From positions 124,001-188,000 of the IMG/VR virus record IMGVR_UViG_3300033984_000473: a stretch of DNA of 64,000 nt; one strand, 5' to 3'. The notes below the pieces were generated by a model. The model was not told the origin of the DNA. It saw nothing but the letters and a program-made list of their open reading frames with translations, and made no database searches. Position 1 is the first letter of the stretch. Each line of letters opens with the position of its first letter. This document shows positions 47,140 to 56,400 of this stretch, one piece after another. Made by a program: the position numbers and the translations under genes.

Positions 47140-47173
47140 AAAAAAAATCCCTAACTATGTGTTAAGGATTTTT
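47140..47173 (-). terminator. intrinsic terminator
   Basis: AATCCTTAAC...GTTAGGGATT plus T-run. Confidence 0.65.
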
Positions 47174-47190
47174 GTAAGTTTATGTTTCTG

Positions 47191-49005
47191 TTAGTTTAAC
47201 AAAGTGATTTCCACTCGTCTGTTTTTAGCTTTACCACTAGCAGTGTTGTTATTAGCTACTGGGTTAGTATCACCTTTACCATCAACCAATTGGAAACGGT
47301 CTTTAGAAATACCTCTACCAGTTAAGTAATTTACTACTGAATTAGCACGACCTTTAGATAATGATAAGTTAGAATCAGAGTTACCAACGTTATCTGTGTG
47401 ACCAACAATTCTCAATTTGGTTTGTTCAGCTTGTACTAGTAAGTTGTAGATTGCTTCTAAATCTTTTTCAGAACCAGCGATTTCTGAACTACCTGTTGCA
47501 AAGCTAATGTTCCATTGACCATCAGCCAATACTTTAGTTTTAGTGTCAGTATAAGTTATTTTATCAGCTTTACCAGAAGCAACATCAGTTACCGATTTCA
47601 AGAAGTATAAATTAACCGCATCTTCGTAAGGTACAACACCATCTTTACATGTTTCATTAAAACCACATGGGTTCAAGTCAGTCAAGTAAACCGATACTTG
47701 GTTATAAACCGCTTTGTATCTGTTGTTACCATCTGTGATTCCGTAGTATTGCATTGCATCAGCATAGTTAAACACTTTTGAACCACCGATATTGTAATCT
47801 AAACCATCTTTGGTACCTTTTTGACCTTTGAATAAATCATACCAGTATTTAGGTGTTTCAAAGTCATATGTTTTAGCAACACATTCAGATGCTTTAACAG
47901 CCCACTCATCATATTGTTTGATTTGATTAGAAGCAGTATATGTTTGTTTCAATATATTAACAACTTCTTTCTCATGTTGCAATGCCCATTCTTTAATAAC
48001 AACTAGTGTTGTTGCCATTTGGTTAACAAATTCTTTAGTTGAAACTACATCGGTGAAACCACTCAAAGCATCGAAAGCCATTTTATCACCAGGAGTCCAT
48101 GTAGTTGCCCCATCAATTTTGTGGTTAACTGTTTTACCAGTTAATTTACCATTCTCAACCACTTTTAAAGGAACAGTATAACCTGTTTTTTGTGACTTGA
48201 TAAGTTCTTTCACAGAGTTGATGTAGTCATCGTCTTGTGATGGTACGAAGTTAATCGCATTAGCATCATAAGTACTTGGGTCTGGATTCACTGGAATCTT
48301 ATTAGCAAAAGCATAGTTGATTGCAACAACCCAGTCACCATCACCGATTACAGAAGATATTACAGCACCTTTCATTGATTGTGGATTATCTTTCCAGATT
48401 TTTGGTCCGATTAATTTATCTTCACCATATGAAAGACCGTAAGCACCAATTACTTGTACGTGGTATTTACCTTTACCAAATTTTTCATCCAAAGCTTTTT
48501 GTGTAGTCGTAATATAGAACGGCACACCGTCACCCATAATACTTACACCAAACGCTGATTTATCTGATACTGGATATTGAGCACCCTTAGAGAATTCCTC
48601 AACGAATTTTAATTGCATATCACGTAACCCACCGACCATGTCTTGTCTTACGATTTCTAAGTTAACACCAGAAGCTTCCATAAGAGAACCTTGAGTTGTA
48701 CGTGGACCACCGTTAGCCACAATCATACCAGCGTTACCATTCCATGCATATTCTGCAATACGGATAAGACCTTTGTTTGCTACAGCTGTTGATGGCTGAT
48801 TAGACGGAGTTGGTAGCTTGGCACCACTCGTTACGTTGTTCAATTCATCAGTATTGATACTTAATGAAGTTAATTGCTTTGAAACAGCAACTCGTAATCC
48901 AGGTGATACGAAATAAACGATTCCTAATACGATTGCTAGACCTAATGCTAAGATTGTCCCCTCAGCTAAGGTAGTTAATTTTGGTTGTTTGAAGATTGCT
49001 CCCAT
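47191..49005 (-). CDS. membrane-anchored ABC substrate-binding-like protein with C-terminal OmpA domain
   Basis: N-terminal TM; ISFATGS, GHTD..G....N..LS..RA, N.T..G.AKNRRVEI. Confidence 0.85.
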   Translation of the reverse strand: MGAIFKQPKLTTLAEGTILALGLAIVLGIVYFVSPGLRVAVSKQLTSLSINTDELNNVTSGAKLPTPSNQPSTAVANKGLIRIAEYAWNGNAGMIVANGGPRTTQGSLMEASGVNLEIVRQDMVGGLRDMQLKFVEEFSKGAQYPVSDKSAFGVSIMGDGVPFYITTTQKALDEKFGKGKYHVQVIGAYGLSYGEDKLIGPKIWKDNPQSMKGAVISSVIGDGDWVVAINYAFANKIPVNPDPSTYDANAINFVPSQDDDYINSVKELIKSQKTGYTVPLKVVENGKLTGKTVNHKIDGATTWTPGDKMAFDALSGFTDVVSTKEFVNQMATTLVVIKEWALQHEKEVVNILKQTYTASNQIKQYDEWAVKASECVAKTYDFETPKYWYDLFKGQKGTKDGLDYNIGGSKVFNYADAMQYYGITDGNNRYKAVYNQVSVYLTDLNPCGFNETCKDGVVPYEDAVNLYFLKSVTDVASGKADKITYTDTKTKVLADGQWNISFATGSSEIAGSEKDLEAIYNLLVQAEQTKLRIVGHTDNVGNSDSNLSLSKGRANSVVNYLTGRGISKDRFQLVDGKGDTNPVANNNTASGKAKNRRVEITLLN

Positions 49006-49265
49006 TTTTAATTTTTGTTTTTAGTTTATACTATTTAATTTTAACTCTACAAAGGTAGTTATAATTTTCGACACTACCAAATTTATTATGAATTATTTTT
49101 ATTTTTTTTTTCGCTATCGGAGAAACTATCCTCATCGACCTAAAACTCTTTTAGCTACCATCTTACTTGTTTAGGCTCGGCCATCCCACTAATATAATTG
49201 TCCACTACTTCCAAATCAGATAATGAGTCATGATTCTTACTCGAACAGTTTTTTTTAAATTTTTC

Positions 49266-50399
49266 TTAGAACATATCTCCGAACCCACCAGATTTCAATT
49301 TGTCACTTGATGACAAGTTGTATTCTGGGTTAGAGTATTGTTTAGCATCTGGAATGATGTCAGCACCAACTTTAATCTTGTCAGCAACAGCGTTCAAGTT
49401 TGCGTACAATTCATCAGAATCCAAGGTATAGTTGCTTGTGATACTTTCGATATCTTTCAAGTTACCAGCGGTAATTGCGATATCAGCAGCAATCGTAGAT
49501 GTAACAACATCCAAAGCGTAATCAAATTCCCAACCTTTAGCGAAGCCCATTGCTGATTTAGCGGCAGACGTAGCAGCGTTTGATTTTTGACCAAAGTCAT
49601 AGTCTTTTTTAAGCATGATGATAGTCGCATCAAAGTCTTGGATTTTAATATCCATTGCAGTTTCAACTAGCGTAAGCTTTTGTCCCATTTTCTTCATAAT
49701 GTTAGCACGAGAACCATATTTTTGAACGAAATCTTTTGATTGGTTCAATTGGTTTGCTACACGTTGTGATTCAGCCAACAACTTTTGTAAGCTAGAAGCA
49801 TAATCAACATAAGCATCTTCACCTTTAGCCGCAACACCTTTTTCTTTAACCATTTCATCCATGGCTTGTTTAATAGTTCCAGCTTTACCTTGCAAGGATA
49901 GTATTTTGTTTTGACCTTGTTCAGCTTCTTTTTCTGACCTGTCAGCTTCAATTTCCATTTCTTGTTTCAATGACACAATGTTTTGTTTTGCTACTCTAAA
50001 TGTTTGTTGGTTTACAAGCATTTTTTGTCTTTCAATTTCTAACTGAGCAAATGGGTCATACTTGATAAGTGCTTTGTGAATTGCTCTTGTGAATACACGA
50101 ATACCCTTAACAATTACTGGTGCCATAATAACTCCAGCAACAATAAATACACCCGTAGCGAATACTGCTAATAATTGACCAATCGCTTGGAATACTGGTG
50201 GTAACACGTATGTCCATGTTAAATAACCAACACCGATAAGTGCCGCTAATTTAAAGAACCAGAACATGTTTTTCTCTCCTTTTCTAAAGGTATCAACCTT
50301 TGTTGAAATTTCATTCTCACTATAATTCTTCATCATAGGTAAGTTCATCAAATTTGCATTAAATGCAGTTTGTGTCGATGTTTGTGTTTGTGTTTGCAT
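49266..50399 (-). CDS. two-TM coiled-coil protein
   Basis: two TM helices then a long heptad region. Confidence 0.75.
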   Translation of the reverse strand: MQTQTQTSTQTAFNANLMNLPMMKNYSENEISTKVDTFRKGEKNMFWFFKLAALIGVGYLTWTYVLPPVFQAIGQLLAVFATGVFIVAGVIMAPVIVKGIRVFTRAIHKALIKYDPFAQLEIERQKMLVNQQTFRVAKQNIVSLKQEMEIEADRSEKEAEQGQNKILSLQGKAGTIKQAMDEMVKEKGVAAKGEDAYVDYASSLQKLLAESQRVANQLNQSKDFVQKYGSRANIMKKMGQKLTLVETAMDIKIQDFDATIIMLKKDYDFGQKSNAATSAAKSAMGFAKGWEFDYALDVVTSTIAADIAITAGNLKDIESITSNYTLDSDELYANLNAVADKIKVGADIIPDAKQYSNPEYNLSSSDKLKSGGFGDMF

Positions 50400-50408
50400 A
50401 ATCTTTTT

Positions 50409-51146
50409 TTATTTTAAATTGTTATTAATTCCTTGTTTTACTAATTCGATAGAATTAACTATCTTATCTTTAGCCATGTTGTTGGCTGTTAATTTGTTAT
50501 CAACTTCACTAATCATTGGACCATATTTGCTATCGATTACGGATAGTTTGTTTTGACGGTCAGCGATTTGAATTTGTAATTGCTCCAATTGTTGTTTCAT
50601 CAAATCCAATTCACCCATAAGTGATTGATTTTCATGGTTTTTTTGGTCAACAATCTCTTGTCTTTTAGAATTCCCTTTTACTACGAAATCATTGTAAACC
50701 TTATTGATTTCATTTAGATAAAAATCTGATTGTGAAATCAATTTGCTTTTGTTTATGGTTTTATCCATACCAGAACCCATCGCAAATGCCATAGTGTATA
50801 TCTGAGGATTGTCAACCCCAGCACCGATAACTGCTTGATAGAATTCATAGAAATCATATCCAGGTTGATTCAAAGAATCAAACCCATTGGTATATGTCGC
50901 TAAAGCTTTTGCTAATTGTTCTTCGCTAACACCTTGAGTTGATGGTGTTGAAGTAAATGTTGGTGTAACAACTGCTGGTTCTGATTTTGGAAAACCAAAG
51001 CTGCTGAATACACTAGTTTCCTCTGGTTGAGGCGTTGAACTTGGAAACTTAGTTACAGACGTTGCTGCTGGACTAGGAGTAGTTTGTTCTACTGGTTTAT
51101 CGTTAGGTGTTTCTTCACTAACAATAAATAAATCTTTTAATCCCAT
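50409..51146 (-). CDS. coiled-coil hypothetical protein
   Basis: MGLKDLF, P/S/T linker, N.PG.D.YEF, coiled coil. Confidence 0.75.
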   Translation of the reverse strand: MGLKDLFIVSEETPNDKPVEQTTPSPAATSVTKFPSSTPQPEETSVFSSFGFPKSEPAVVTPTFTSTPSTQGVSEEQLAKALATYTNGFDSLNQPGYDFYEFYQAVIGAGVDNPQIYTMAFAMGSGMDKTINKSKLISQSDFYLNEINKVYNDFVVKGNSKRQEIVDQKNHENQSLMGELDLMKQQLEQLQIQIADRQNKLSVIDSKYGPMISEVDNKLTANNMAKDKIVNSIELVKQGINNNLK

Positions 51147-51202
51147 GTTTTATTTTTTAGTTTTTTAACTTGTTGAGTACAAAGGTATGAATAATATTTG
51201 AC

Positions 51203-51673
51203 TTATGCAAATTTTTCTGGTATTTTTTCTATGTGTCTTGTCAAAATAATTCTAGAACACCATGCAAAGCTTTCTGTTTGCTGGAAATACCCTTCTAAAA
51301 TTTTATAGTGTGACCTATCACAATCCCATAACGCATCTTCGATTCCTTGAGTGAATTGTTTCATGTTGGTAGGTACAACTCTAGGTACTAGAACTTCTAT
51401 AGTTTCTTTAAGATATTTTTCTTCTAGCTTATGATACCATTTACGGTTTTCATAGAAACGTTTAGTTCTGGCTTCTTCTTTAGCTTCTCTGTCTGGGTCT
51501 TTGCTACTAATGTATATTTGTTGTGGTTTTTCTAATATTTCCCATTCAGCGGTTTCTTCTGGAGAAACTTCAATGATAACTCTAGTTTTTATCATATCAG
51601 TACTTAACGTTGGTAAGTGCAACGCTATGATATATTCACCTACATATTGACCTAATTGGTAATTTAAACCCAT
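51203..51673 (-). CDS. hypothetical protein
   Basis: ORF behind a promoter box. Confidence 0.7.
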   Translation of the reverse strand: MGLNYQLGQYVGEYIIALHLPTLSTDMIKTRVIIEVSPEETAEWEILEKPQQIYISSKDPDREAKEEARTKRFYENRKWYHKLEEKYLKETIEVLVPRVVPTNMKQFTQGIEDALWDCDRSHYKILEGYFQQTESFAWCSRIILTRHIEKIPEKFA

Positions 51674-51706
51674 AACTTATTTTTTTTTTACATTACAAAG
51701 GTACAT

Positions 51707-51746
51707 AAAAAAAATGACACTACCAAAGATAATGTCATTTTTTTTT
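51707..51746. terminator. terminator hairpin
   Basis: A-run, TGACA..TGTCA, T-run. Confidence 0.6.
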
Positions 51747-51993
51747 AAGAACAGTGACTTACGGGAATCTCACCTTGATTCTAGAAATCGTTCCTTTAAC
51801 TTCGCCCCCTGTATCATTGGAGATTTAACCCAATTAGATGCCCATGGTCAGCCACAGCTCTTTTTCTCATATCCCAAATGTGGGAAAGGGAGCCACCTTT
51901 AAAGTACGTAAGTATGTTCTTATTAATTGATTTGATTCTGCTTTACATAGACCATCGAAGGACGATATACATACATTGGACCAAACCTATTTG

Positions 51994-52110
51994 TACAAAG
52001 AGTAGGATTCGAACCTACGTAACTCCCTACGTCATGCTTCCAAACTGAAAAGGAATCGAACCTTACACACGAATTCAAGGGGGAGTGCTTTACCACTAAG
52101 CTATCTCCGT
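51994..52110 (-). ncRNA. tRNA-like RNA with ~50-nt insert in the anticodon loop containing a second T-arm
   Basis: acceptor ACGGAGA/TCTTTGT, D-arm, CTCCC/GGGAG stem, inner AAGG-TTCGATT-CCTT, outer GTAGG-TTCGAAT-CCTAC. Confidence 0.65.
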
Positions 52111-52199
52111 ATTTGAGGCTGAGGCCTCTGCGTTGTGTAGACTATTCATCATCTATTACAATTCTAGCTTTCCTTTCTCAAGGGAACAACACAATAAGT

Positions 52200-52346
52200 T
52201 AGACAACAAGATTAACTTTTTTCTTTTTCGTGCTCTAACCATTAAGCTAACCGCCCAGTGTCTTAGGACAGTATGGGACTCGAACCCATATCACGAGCTT
52301 AACAGGCTATAGATTTTTTGTTGCTGAAATAATCTTTCAATGTCTA
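52200..52346 (-). ncRNA. circularly permuted tRNA-like RNA (YrlA/Y-RNA-like), member B (Asn GUU loop)
   Basis: terminal stem, TTCAGCAA, AGC-CTGTTAA-GCT, T-arm, loop-closed acceptor ACTGTCC/GGGCGGT, D-arm, AAAAAAGTTAATCTTG. Confidence 0.75.
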
Positions 52347-52390
52347 GTTACAAACTAAGCAATTTCTCACTTAGCTTATATTTTTGGGTA

Positions 52391-53026
52391 TTATTTTCCT
52401 TGTCCAGAAACGTTAATTGACCCTACTGAACCAGCTTTAGCTCTTTCGATACCAGCAGCTCTTTCAGCATCTAATTGTAAATACAATTTAGTTACTTGTT
52501 CACTTAAGAACTCGTTTTGGTTAGCCAACGTACCAATCTTAGCAGCGTTTTCAGCAGCAATAGCTTTATTCTCTGAGTGAATCAATTTGATTTCATTCTC
52601 GTATTGAGATTTAAGGCTAGAAACTACCGTAGCAACTTCTTTTTTGATTAATCCATCAGTGTTAGACTTAACCTCGTCTAACTCTTTACGCAATGAACTC
52701 AATTCACTAGCTGGAATTACTGTTTTCCCAACGCTTGTTAAGTATTCATTAACAACACGGTCTGTGTTAGCTCTGAAACTTAAATCTAAATCAACTTTCA
52801 ATTGACGCTCTTTTTCAGCAAAAGCTACATCTAATGATATAATCGCTTCTTCTTTGTTAGCAACTTGTAAAGTTAATTCTTCAGCTTGCTCAACCATTTT
52901 ATTGATTGTGTTAGTGGCAGAAGCTAATTCGCTTACTGCTTTCGTAATTTGTTGTGCAGCTTGTCCTAAGACAATCTCTGTGCTAGCACTTGCTTTCTTT
53001 GCGGGTGTTGTTTTTGTTACAGCCAT
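52391..53026 (-). CDS. coiled-coil hypothetical protein
   Basis: 211 aa, heptad-rich, own promoter. Confidence 0.75.
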   Translation of the reverse strand: MAVTKTTPAKKASASTEIVLGQAAQQITKAVSELASATNTINKMVEQAEELTLQVANKEEAIISLDVAFAEKERQLKVDLDLSFRANTDRVVNEYLTSVGKTVIPASELSSLRKELDEVKSNTDGLIKKEVATVVSSLKSQYENEIKLIHSENKAIAAENAAKIGTLANQNEFLSEQVTKLYLQLDAERAAGIERAKAGSVGSINVSGQGK

Positions 53027-53193
53027 TTTTTTTTTCTTTGTTTTTTTGTTTATTATGTTATTATGTTATTATGTTATTGTATTATTCTCTACTTATTATA
53101 CTACAAAGATACTACATTTTTCATTAAAAGTCAAGTAAAAATGAATATTTTTTTAATCTTTTTTACACTTTTAATAAGCTGTAAATCAAGCTG

Positions 53194-53556
53194 TTACCCA
53201 GCCAAATACATACTATTTGACATCAACGCATGTCTTGCAAAATCGGTCTCATCTTGGACGTATTCATTGAACTCAGATTGCTCTAATTCAACTATGTCTT
53301 CGACTTCCCAATTGAACATATCAATGATTTTGTCATAGTTATTGCTGTTGTCAACTGGTGTTGTTAAATCTAATCTAACTTTCATATCTCCAGCTTCAAC
53401 TTTTTTGGTAATGTCTGCTAATTGTTTAAGTGCTTCTTTCTTGTAAGCAACAACGGCTTTGGTATAAGCTTCAATGTGTTGTGCTTTATTTTCTTGAATC
53501 TTAGCAATTAAATCTGCTTTGTTAACCTTGATGGTTCTGTTTCCGTTTCTTCTCAT
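53194..53556 (-). CDS. hypothetical protein
   Basis: ORF in operon. Confidence 0.75.
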   Translation of the reverse strand: MRRNGNRTIKVNKADLIAKIQENKAQHIEAYTKAVVAYKKEALKQLADITKKVEAGDMKVRLDLTTPVDNSNNYDKIIDMFNWEVEDIVELEQSEFNEYVQDETDFARHALMSNSMYLAG

Positions 53557-53577
53557 TGGAATTTATTTTTACGTATG

Positions 53578-53955
53578 TTATTGTATGATATCTCCGACTT
53601 CAACATTTAAGAACAAATCCTCATCAATGTCTTTTTTAATCGTTAACGTTTCGTTAGGCCTTTTGATTGTAATGTAGTTGTCTTTTAAATCTGCTTTTTC
53701 GTTTTCTGAACGACAATTAGCACAATCTTTATTTACAACAATACCGACTGGTAATTTAGTTTCAGAACTTGACCAATAACGCTTATCAGCTACCTTAACG
53801 TCACTTTCTGTAGGTTCGTCTTGATTGCGATAATCAGAAGAATCTGAAAGGATTACAGCATCATAAGTTTCAACGTTTTCTGTTGGTTGTTCAGTTTTAG
53901 GTTTACATGAAACAGTTAAACCTAAAACCAAAGCTACTAAAAACATTTTTTTCAT
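53578..53955 (-). CDS. lipoprotein
   Basis: LTVSC lipobox. Confidence 0.75.
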   Translation of the reverse strand: MKKMFLVALVLGLTVSCKPKTEQPTENVETYDAVILSDSSDYRNQDEPTESDVKVADKRYWSSSETKLPVGIVVNKDCANCRSENEKADLKDNYITIKRPNETLTIKKDIDEDLFLNVEVGDIIQ

Positions 53956-54128
53956 TATGTTCTACTTTTTAGAACTTCAATTTCTTTGTTGATTCTTTTG
54001 ATATCAGAATCATTCAAAGGAACTTTAACGTCAGTTGTTTTCTTTTGTGTTTTCACACCACTTTTTAATTGCTTCTCAAGCATTTCGATTACTCTAGACT
54101 GTCTAGAACGTTTTGCAGCTGTTGCCAT
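53955..54128 (-). CDS. hypothetical basic protein (57 aa, not in ORF track)
   Basis: MATAAKRSRQSRVIEMLEKQLKSG...EIEVLKSRT. Confidence 0.65.
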   Translation of the reverse strand: MATAAKRSRQSRVIEMLEKQLKSGVKTQKKTTDVKVPLNDSDIKRINKEIEVLKSRT

Positions 54129-54147
54129 AGTTAAATTTATTTATTTG

Positions 54148-54252
54148 TAGATGGTACAGGATTCGAACCTGTGAATCTCTTTGTATAGGTATCATACATA
54201 CCACATCAAGACTTTATGTATGCTCAACCTTAAGCCACTCGGTCAACCGTCT
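54148..54252 (-). ncRNA. tRNA-like RNA with extended anticodon arm and no canonical anticodon loop
   Basis: acceptor AGACGGT/ACCATCT, D-loop GAGTGGCTTAA, CATACATA/TATGTATG stem, T-arm ACAGG-TTCGAAT-CCTGT. Confidence 0.55.
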
Positions 54253-54376
54253 ATTTAATGAGAATTTGGGCCATCGGTATCTCATAATTGTTAGTCCTTC
54301 CTTAGCTAACACCCTTACCCAAGCCGTTCCTATGGGCTGGTAAATTTCACTATACTATAGGAGTCAAGTGAATACT

Positions 54377-54452
54377 TGGTGGTACCGAGTGGATTCGAAC
54401 CACTGACACCCGCATCTTCAGTGCGGTGCTCTACCAACTGAGCTACGGTACC
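54377..54452 (-). tRNA. tRNA-Phe(GAA) with encoded CCA
   Basis: CCGCA-CTGAAGA-TGCGG. Confidence 0.93.
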
Positions 54453-54596
54453 TTTTTATCTCGTAGTTTTTAAGGCTCAAGTGATTACATTGCTGCTCAC
54501 TCTAAGTAACCGTGATATAGTACAAACCTATGATATTTCTATACTACAAAGATACTAATCTTTTTTTAAAGTTGCAACCTTTGTATCGTTTTTTTT

Positions 54597-55082
54597 TTAA
54601 CTTTTTCTAGCTAAAATATACTCATATTGTGAGTCAGTATTTGTATTGCCATATACATAGTTTGGAATTCTAGTTAAACACATGTCTTCTAGAACTTTAT
54701 CCAATGGACAACCTTCACCATATTCAAAATAGATAGCACCATATTCAACATAGCTCTCATCAGAATCAAAAGCTTCAACTTCGTTGATATCTCTAACATT
54801 TATGTTTTCATCACTGATAACACAAATTGATTCATAACCTTTTCTATATTTAAAAGCACCTATTTGCTCAAATAACCCTTTACCAATTATGTATTCATCT
54901 TCTTTTGATAAATCTGGAACTACAACCATGTATTCACATTCCAATAAGTCTTTGTGACTATATAGACCACCTTTGAATTCAACTGTTTGTATATTAAATT
55001 GGTTAAGGATTTGGCGAACTCTAGTAACCACATCTGGGTTAGCTCTATTAGACTTCGCCAAATAAACCTTTGGTATGTTCAT
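54597..55082 (-). CDS. hypothetical protein
   Basis: ORF in operon. Confidence 0.7.
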   Translation of the reverse strand: MNIPKVYLAKSNRANPDVVTRVRQILNQFNIQTVEFKGGLYSHKDLLECEYMVVVPDLSKEDEYIIGKGLFEQIGAFKYRKGYESICVISDENINVRDINEVEAFDSDESYVEYGAIYFEYGEGCPLDKVLEDMCLTRIPNYVYGNTNTDSQYEYILARKS

Positions 55083-55429
55083 TATTTCTTACCTTTGGTA
55101 GCTGGAGCCTCGTCAGCAAACCATTCATCATAGATTGATTGTGCTTCCACAAGTTGAACTTCTTTCAAAGCTAAATCCATTTTTGTTCTGTGTAATTCAG
55201 CCACCCATTTAGCAGCGTTGAAATCAGCACCACCTGGACGTAGAGAGTAAGTGTTCTCTGGAGCCAAGTCAGTCAAGTCATTTAACTTGCTATTCAATTG
55301 CAATTTCTCTTTTCTTAGGTTTGCGATGAAAGACTCAACTTCCAATACGGCAGCATCTGCTAAATTTTTCGCTCTGTTTCCTAATGTTGCTGAACTATCC
55401 GCTGATAGCATTTGTGCAAATTTACTCAT
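55082..55429 (-). CDS. hypothetical protein
   Basis: ORF behind a promoter box. Confidence 0.75.
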   Translation of the reverse strand: MSKFAQMLSADSSATLGNRAKNLADAAVLEVESFIANLRKEKLQLNSKLNDLTDLAPENTYSLRPGGADFNAAKWVAELHRTKMDLALKEVQLVEAQSIYDEWFADEAPATKGKK

Positions 55430-55526
55430 AATTTTCTAGTTTTAAATTAAATTGTTTTTGTTTATTTTTTAGATTACAAAGGTATGAAATGTTTTTGACC
55501 TGTGCAAGTTTTTTTTAAAGTTTTTT

Positions 55527-55682
55527 TTAGTCGAGGTAAATATCAAACCATTCAACAGCGTAGAAGTCTAACCACATTCCCATTTCTAAATAGAATTGGA
55601 AAATTCTCTCGTCTCCACCGATTTCCATACGTAGTTTCTCTATGATGTAATCGGCCATGTATTGTAATATCTTTCTTTTCAT
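55527..55682 (-). CDS. hypothetical protein (51 aa, not in ORF track)
   Basis: MKRKILQYMADYIIEKL...FDIYLD; ATG lies 4 nt after the TAnnTTTG box, so possibly near-leaderless. Confidence 0.55.
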   Translation of the reverse strand: MKRKILQYMADYIIEKLRMEIGGDERIFQFYLEMGMWLDFYAVEWFDIYLD

Positions 55683-55709
55683 AATACAAAGGTACTAATT
55701 AGTTTTTTA

Positions 55710-56087
55710 TTATCCAAACAATGTGTTGTGTTTTTTTGAAAATTTTTTAGCAATTCTTTTATAAAACTCTGTTAGTAGCGAACTAGGAATCTTAATCCCT
55801 TCATCTTCAAATATATCCAAGATTTCTTTAGGTGTAAACGTTCCTTCAACAATACCATCTGACCATTGGTCACTCCAAAGTCCCCAAGACTTTTTACCTA
55901 CAATAACAGCTTTTACTATATTAGGGTGTCTTGATACTATTGGGACTCCATTTCTAAAATCTCCATTGTCAAATTTTCTGAATGTGAATTTTCCTTCTGT
56001 TTCGTTGACATCAAATTCAACCTTTACGATAGCACCACAAAAAGATAGGATGCCTTTCCTATTTGATTTAAGGAAGAAGTTGAACAT
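55710..56087 (-). CDS. hypothetical protein
   Basis: ORF; the frame stays open 36 codons further upstream. Confidence 0.6.
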   Translation of the reverse strand: MFNFFLKSNRKGILSFCGAIVKVEFDVNETEGKFTFRKFDNGDFRNGVPIVSRHPNIVKAVIVGKKSWGLWSDQWSDGIVEGTFTPKEILDIFEDEGIKIPSSLLTEFYKRIAKKFSKKHNTLFG

Positions 56088-56238
56088 TTCATTGAAATTA
56101 TCGGAATACTTGGTTAGCTTTTTTTGATGTCTGCTACCAGTTTCCTTTTTACGTAACTCTATACGTTCTTGTCTTGTTAACGGGCTCCCAAGCGGTCACC
56201 CCCATTTTGTGTGTTTTTCATAACATTTATATTTGTTG

Positions 56239-56311
56239 TTGAGGAAGAGGGACTTGAACCCTACTCTACCACCCGTCTAGGTGGTCTTCTAACCAGTTAA
56301 AGTATTCCCCA
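56239..56311 (-). tRNA. atypical tRNA with 6-nt anticodon loop (TAGACG; Val-like or undetermined)
   Basis: acceptor TGGGGAA/TTCCTCA, D- and T-arms present, CCACC/GGTGG stem. Confidence 0.5.
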
Positions 56312-56400
56312 AAATTACCAGAGGTTGCCAGATAGAATTTATAATACCTGTGTTTTCAACCTTTCTCCGTAAATAAAATTACCAGAAGTTACCAGATTTG

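Noticed and set aside
49110-49250. Riboswitch upstream of the OmpA/ABC gene
   Set aside because: Some pairing is possible, but no known aptamer consensus was recognised, and a separate promoter box at ~49050 lies between it and the gene.
54597-55082. TIR-like domain call
   Set aside because: Only a vague N-terminal beta-alpha resemblance; no catalytic motif could be verified.
56088-56226. Selenocysteine or readthrough extension of ORF 55710..56087 (frame open up to a TGA at 56196-56198, near a GC hairpin)
   Set aside because: The nearby ATGs (56205, 56221, 56226) are out of frame and there is no Sec machinery in the window. A frameshift or odd start cannot be excluded but is unsupported.
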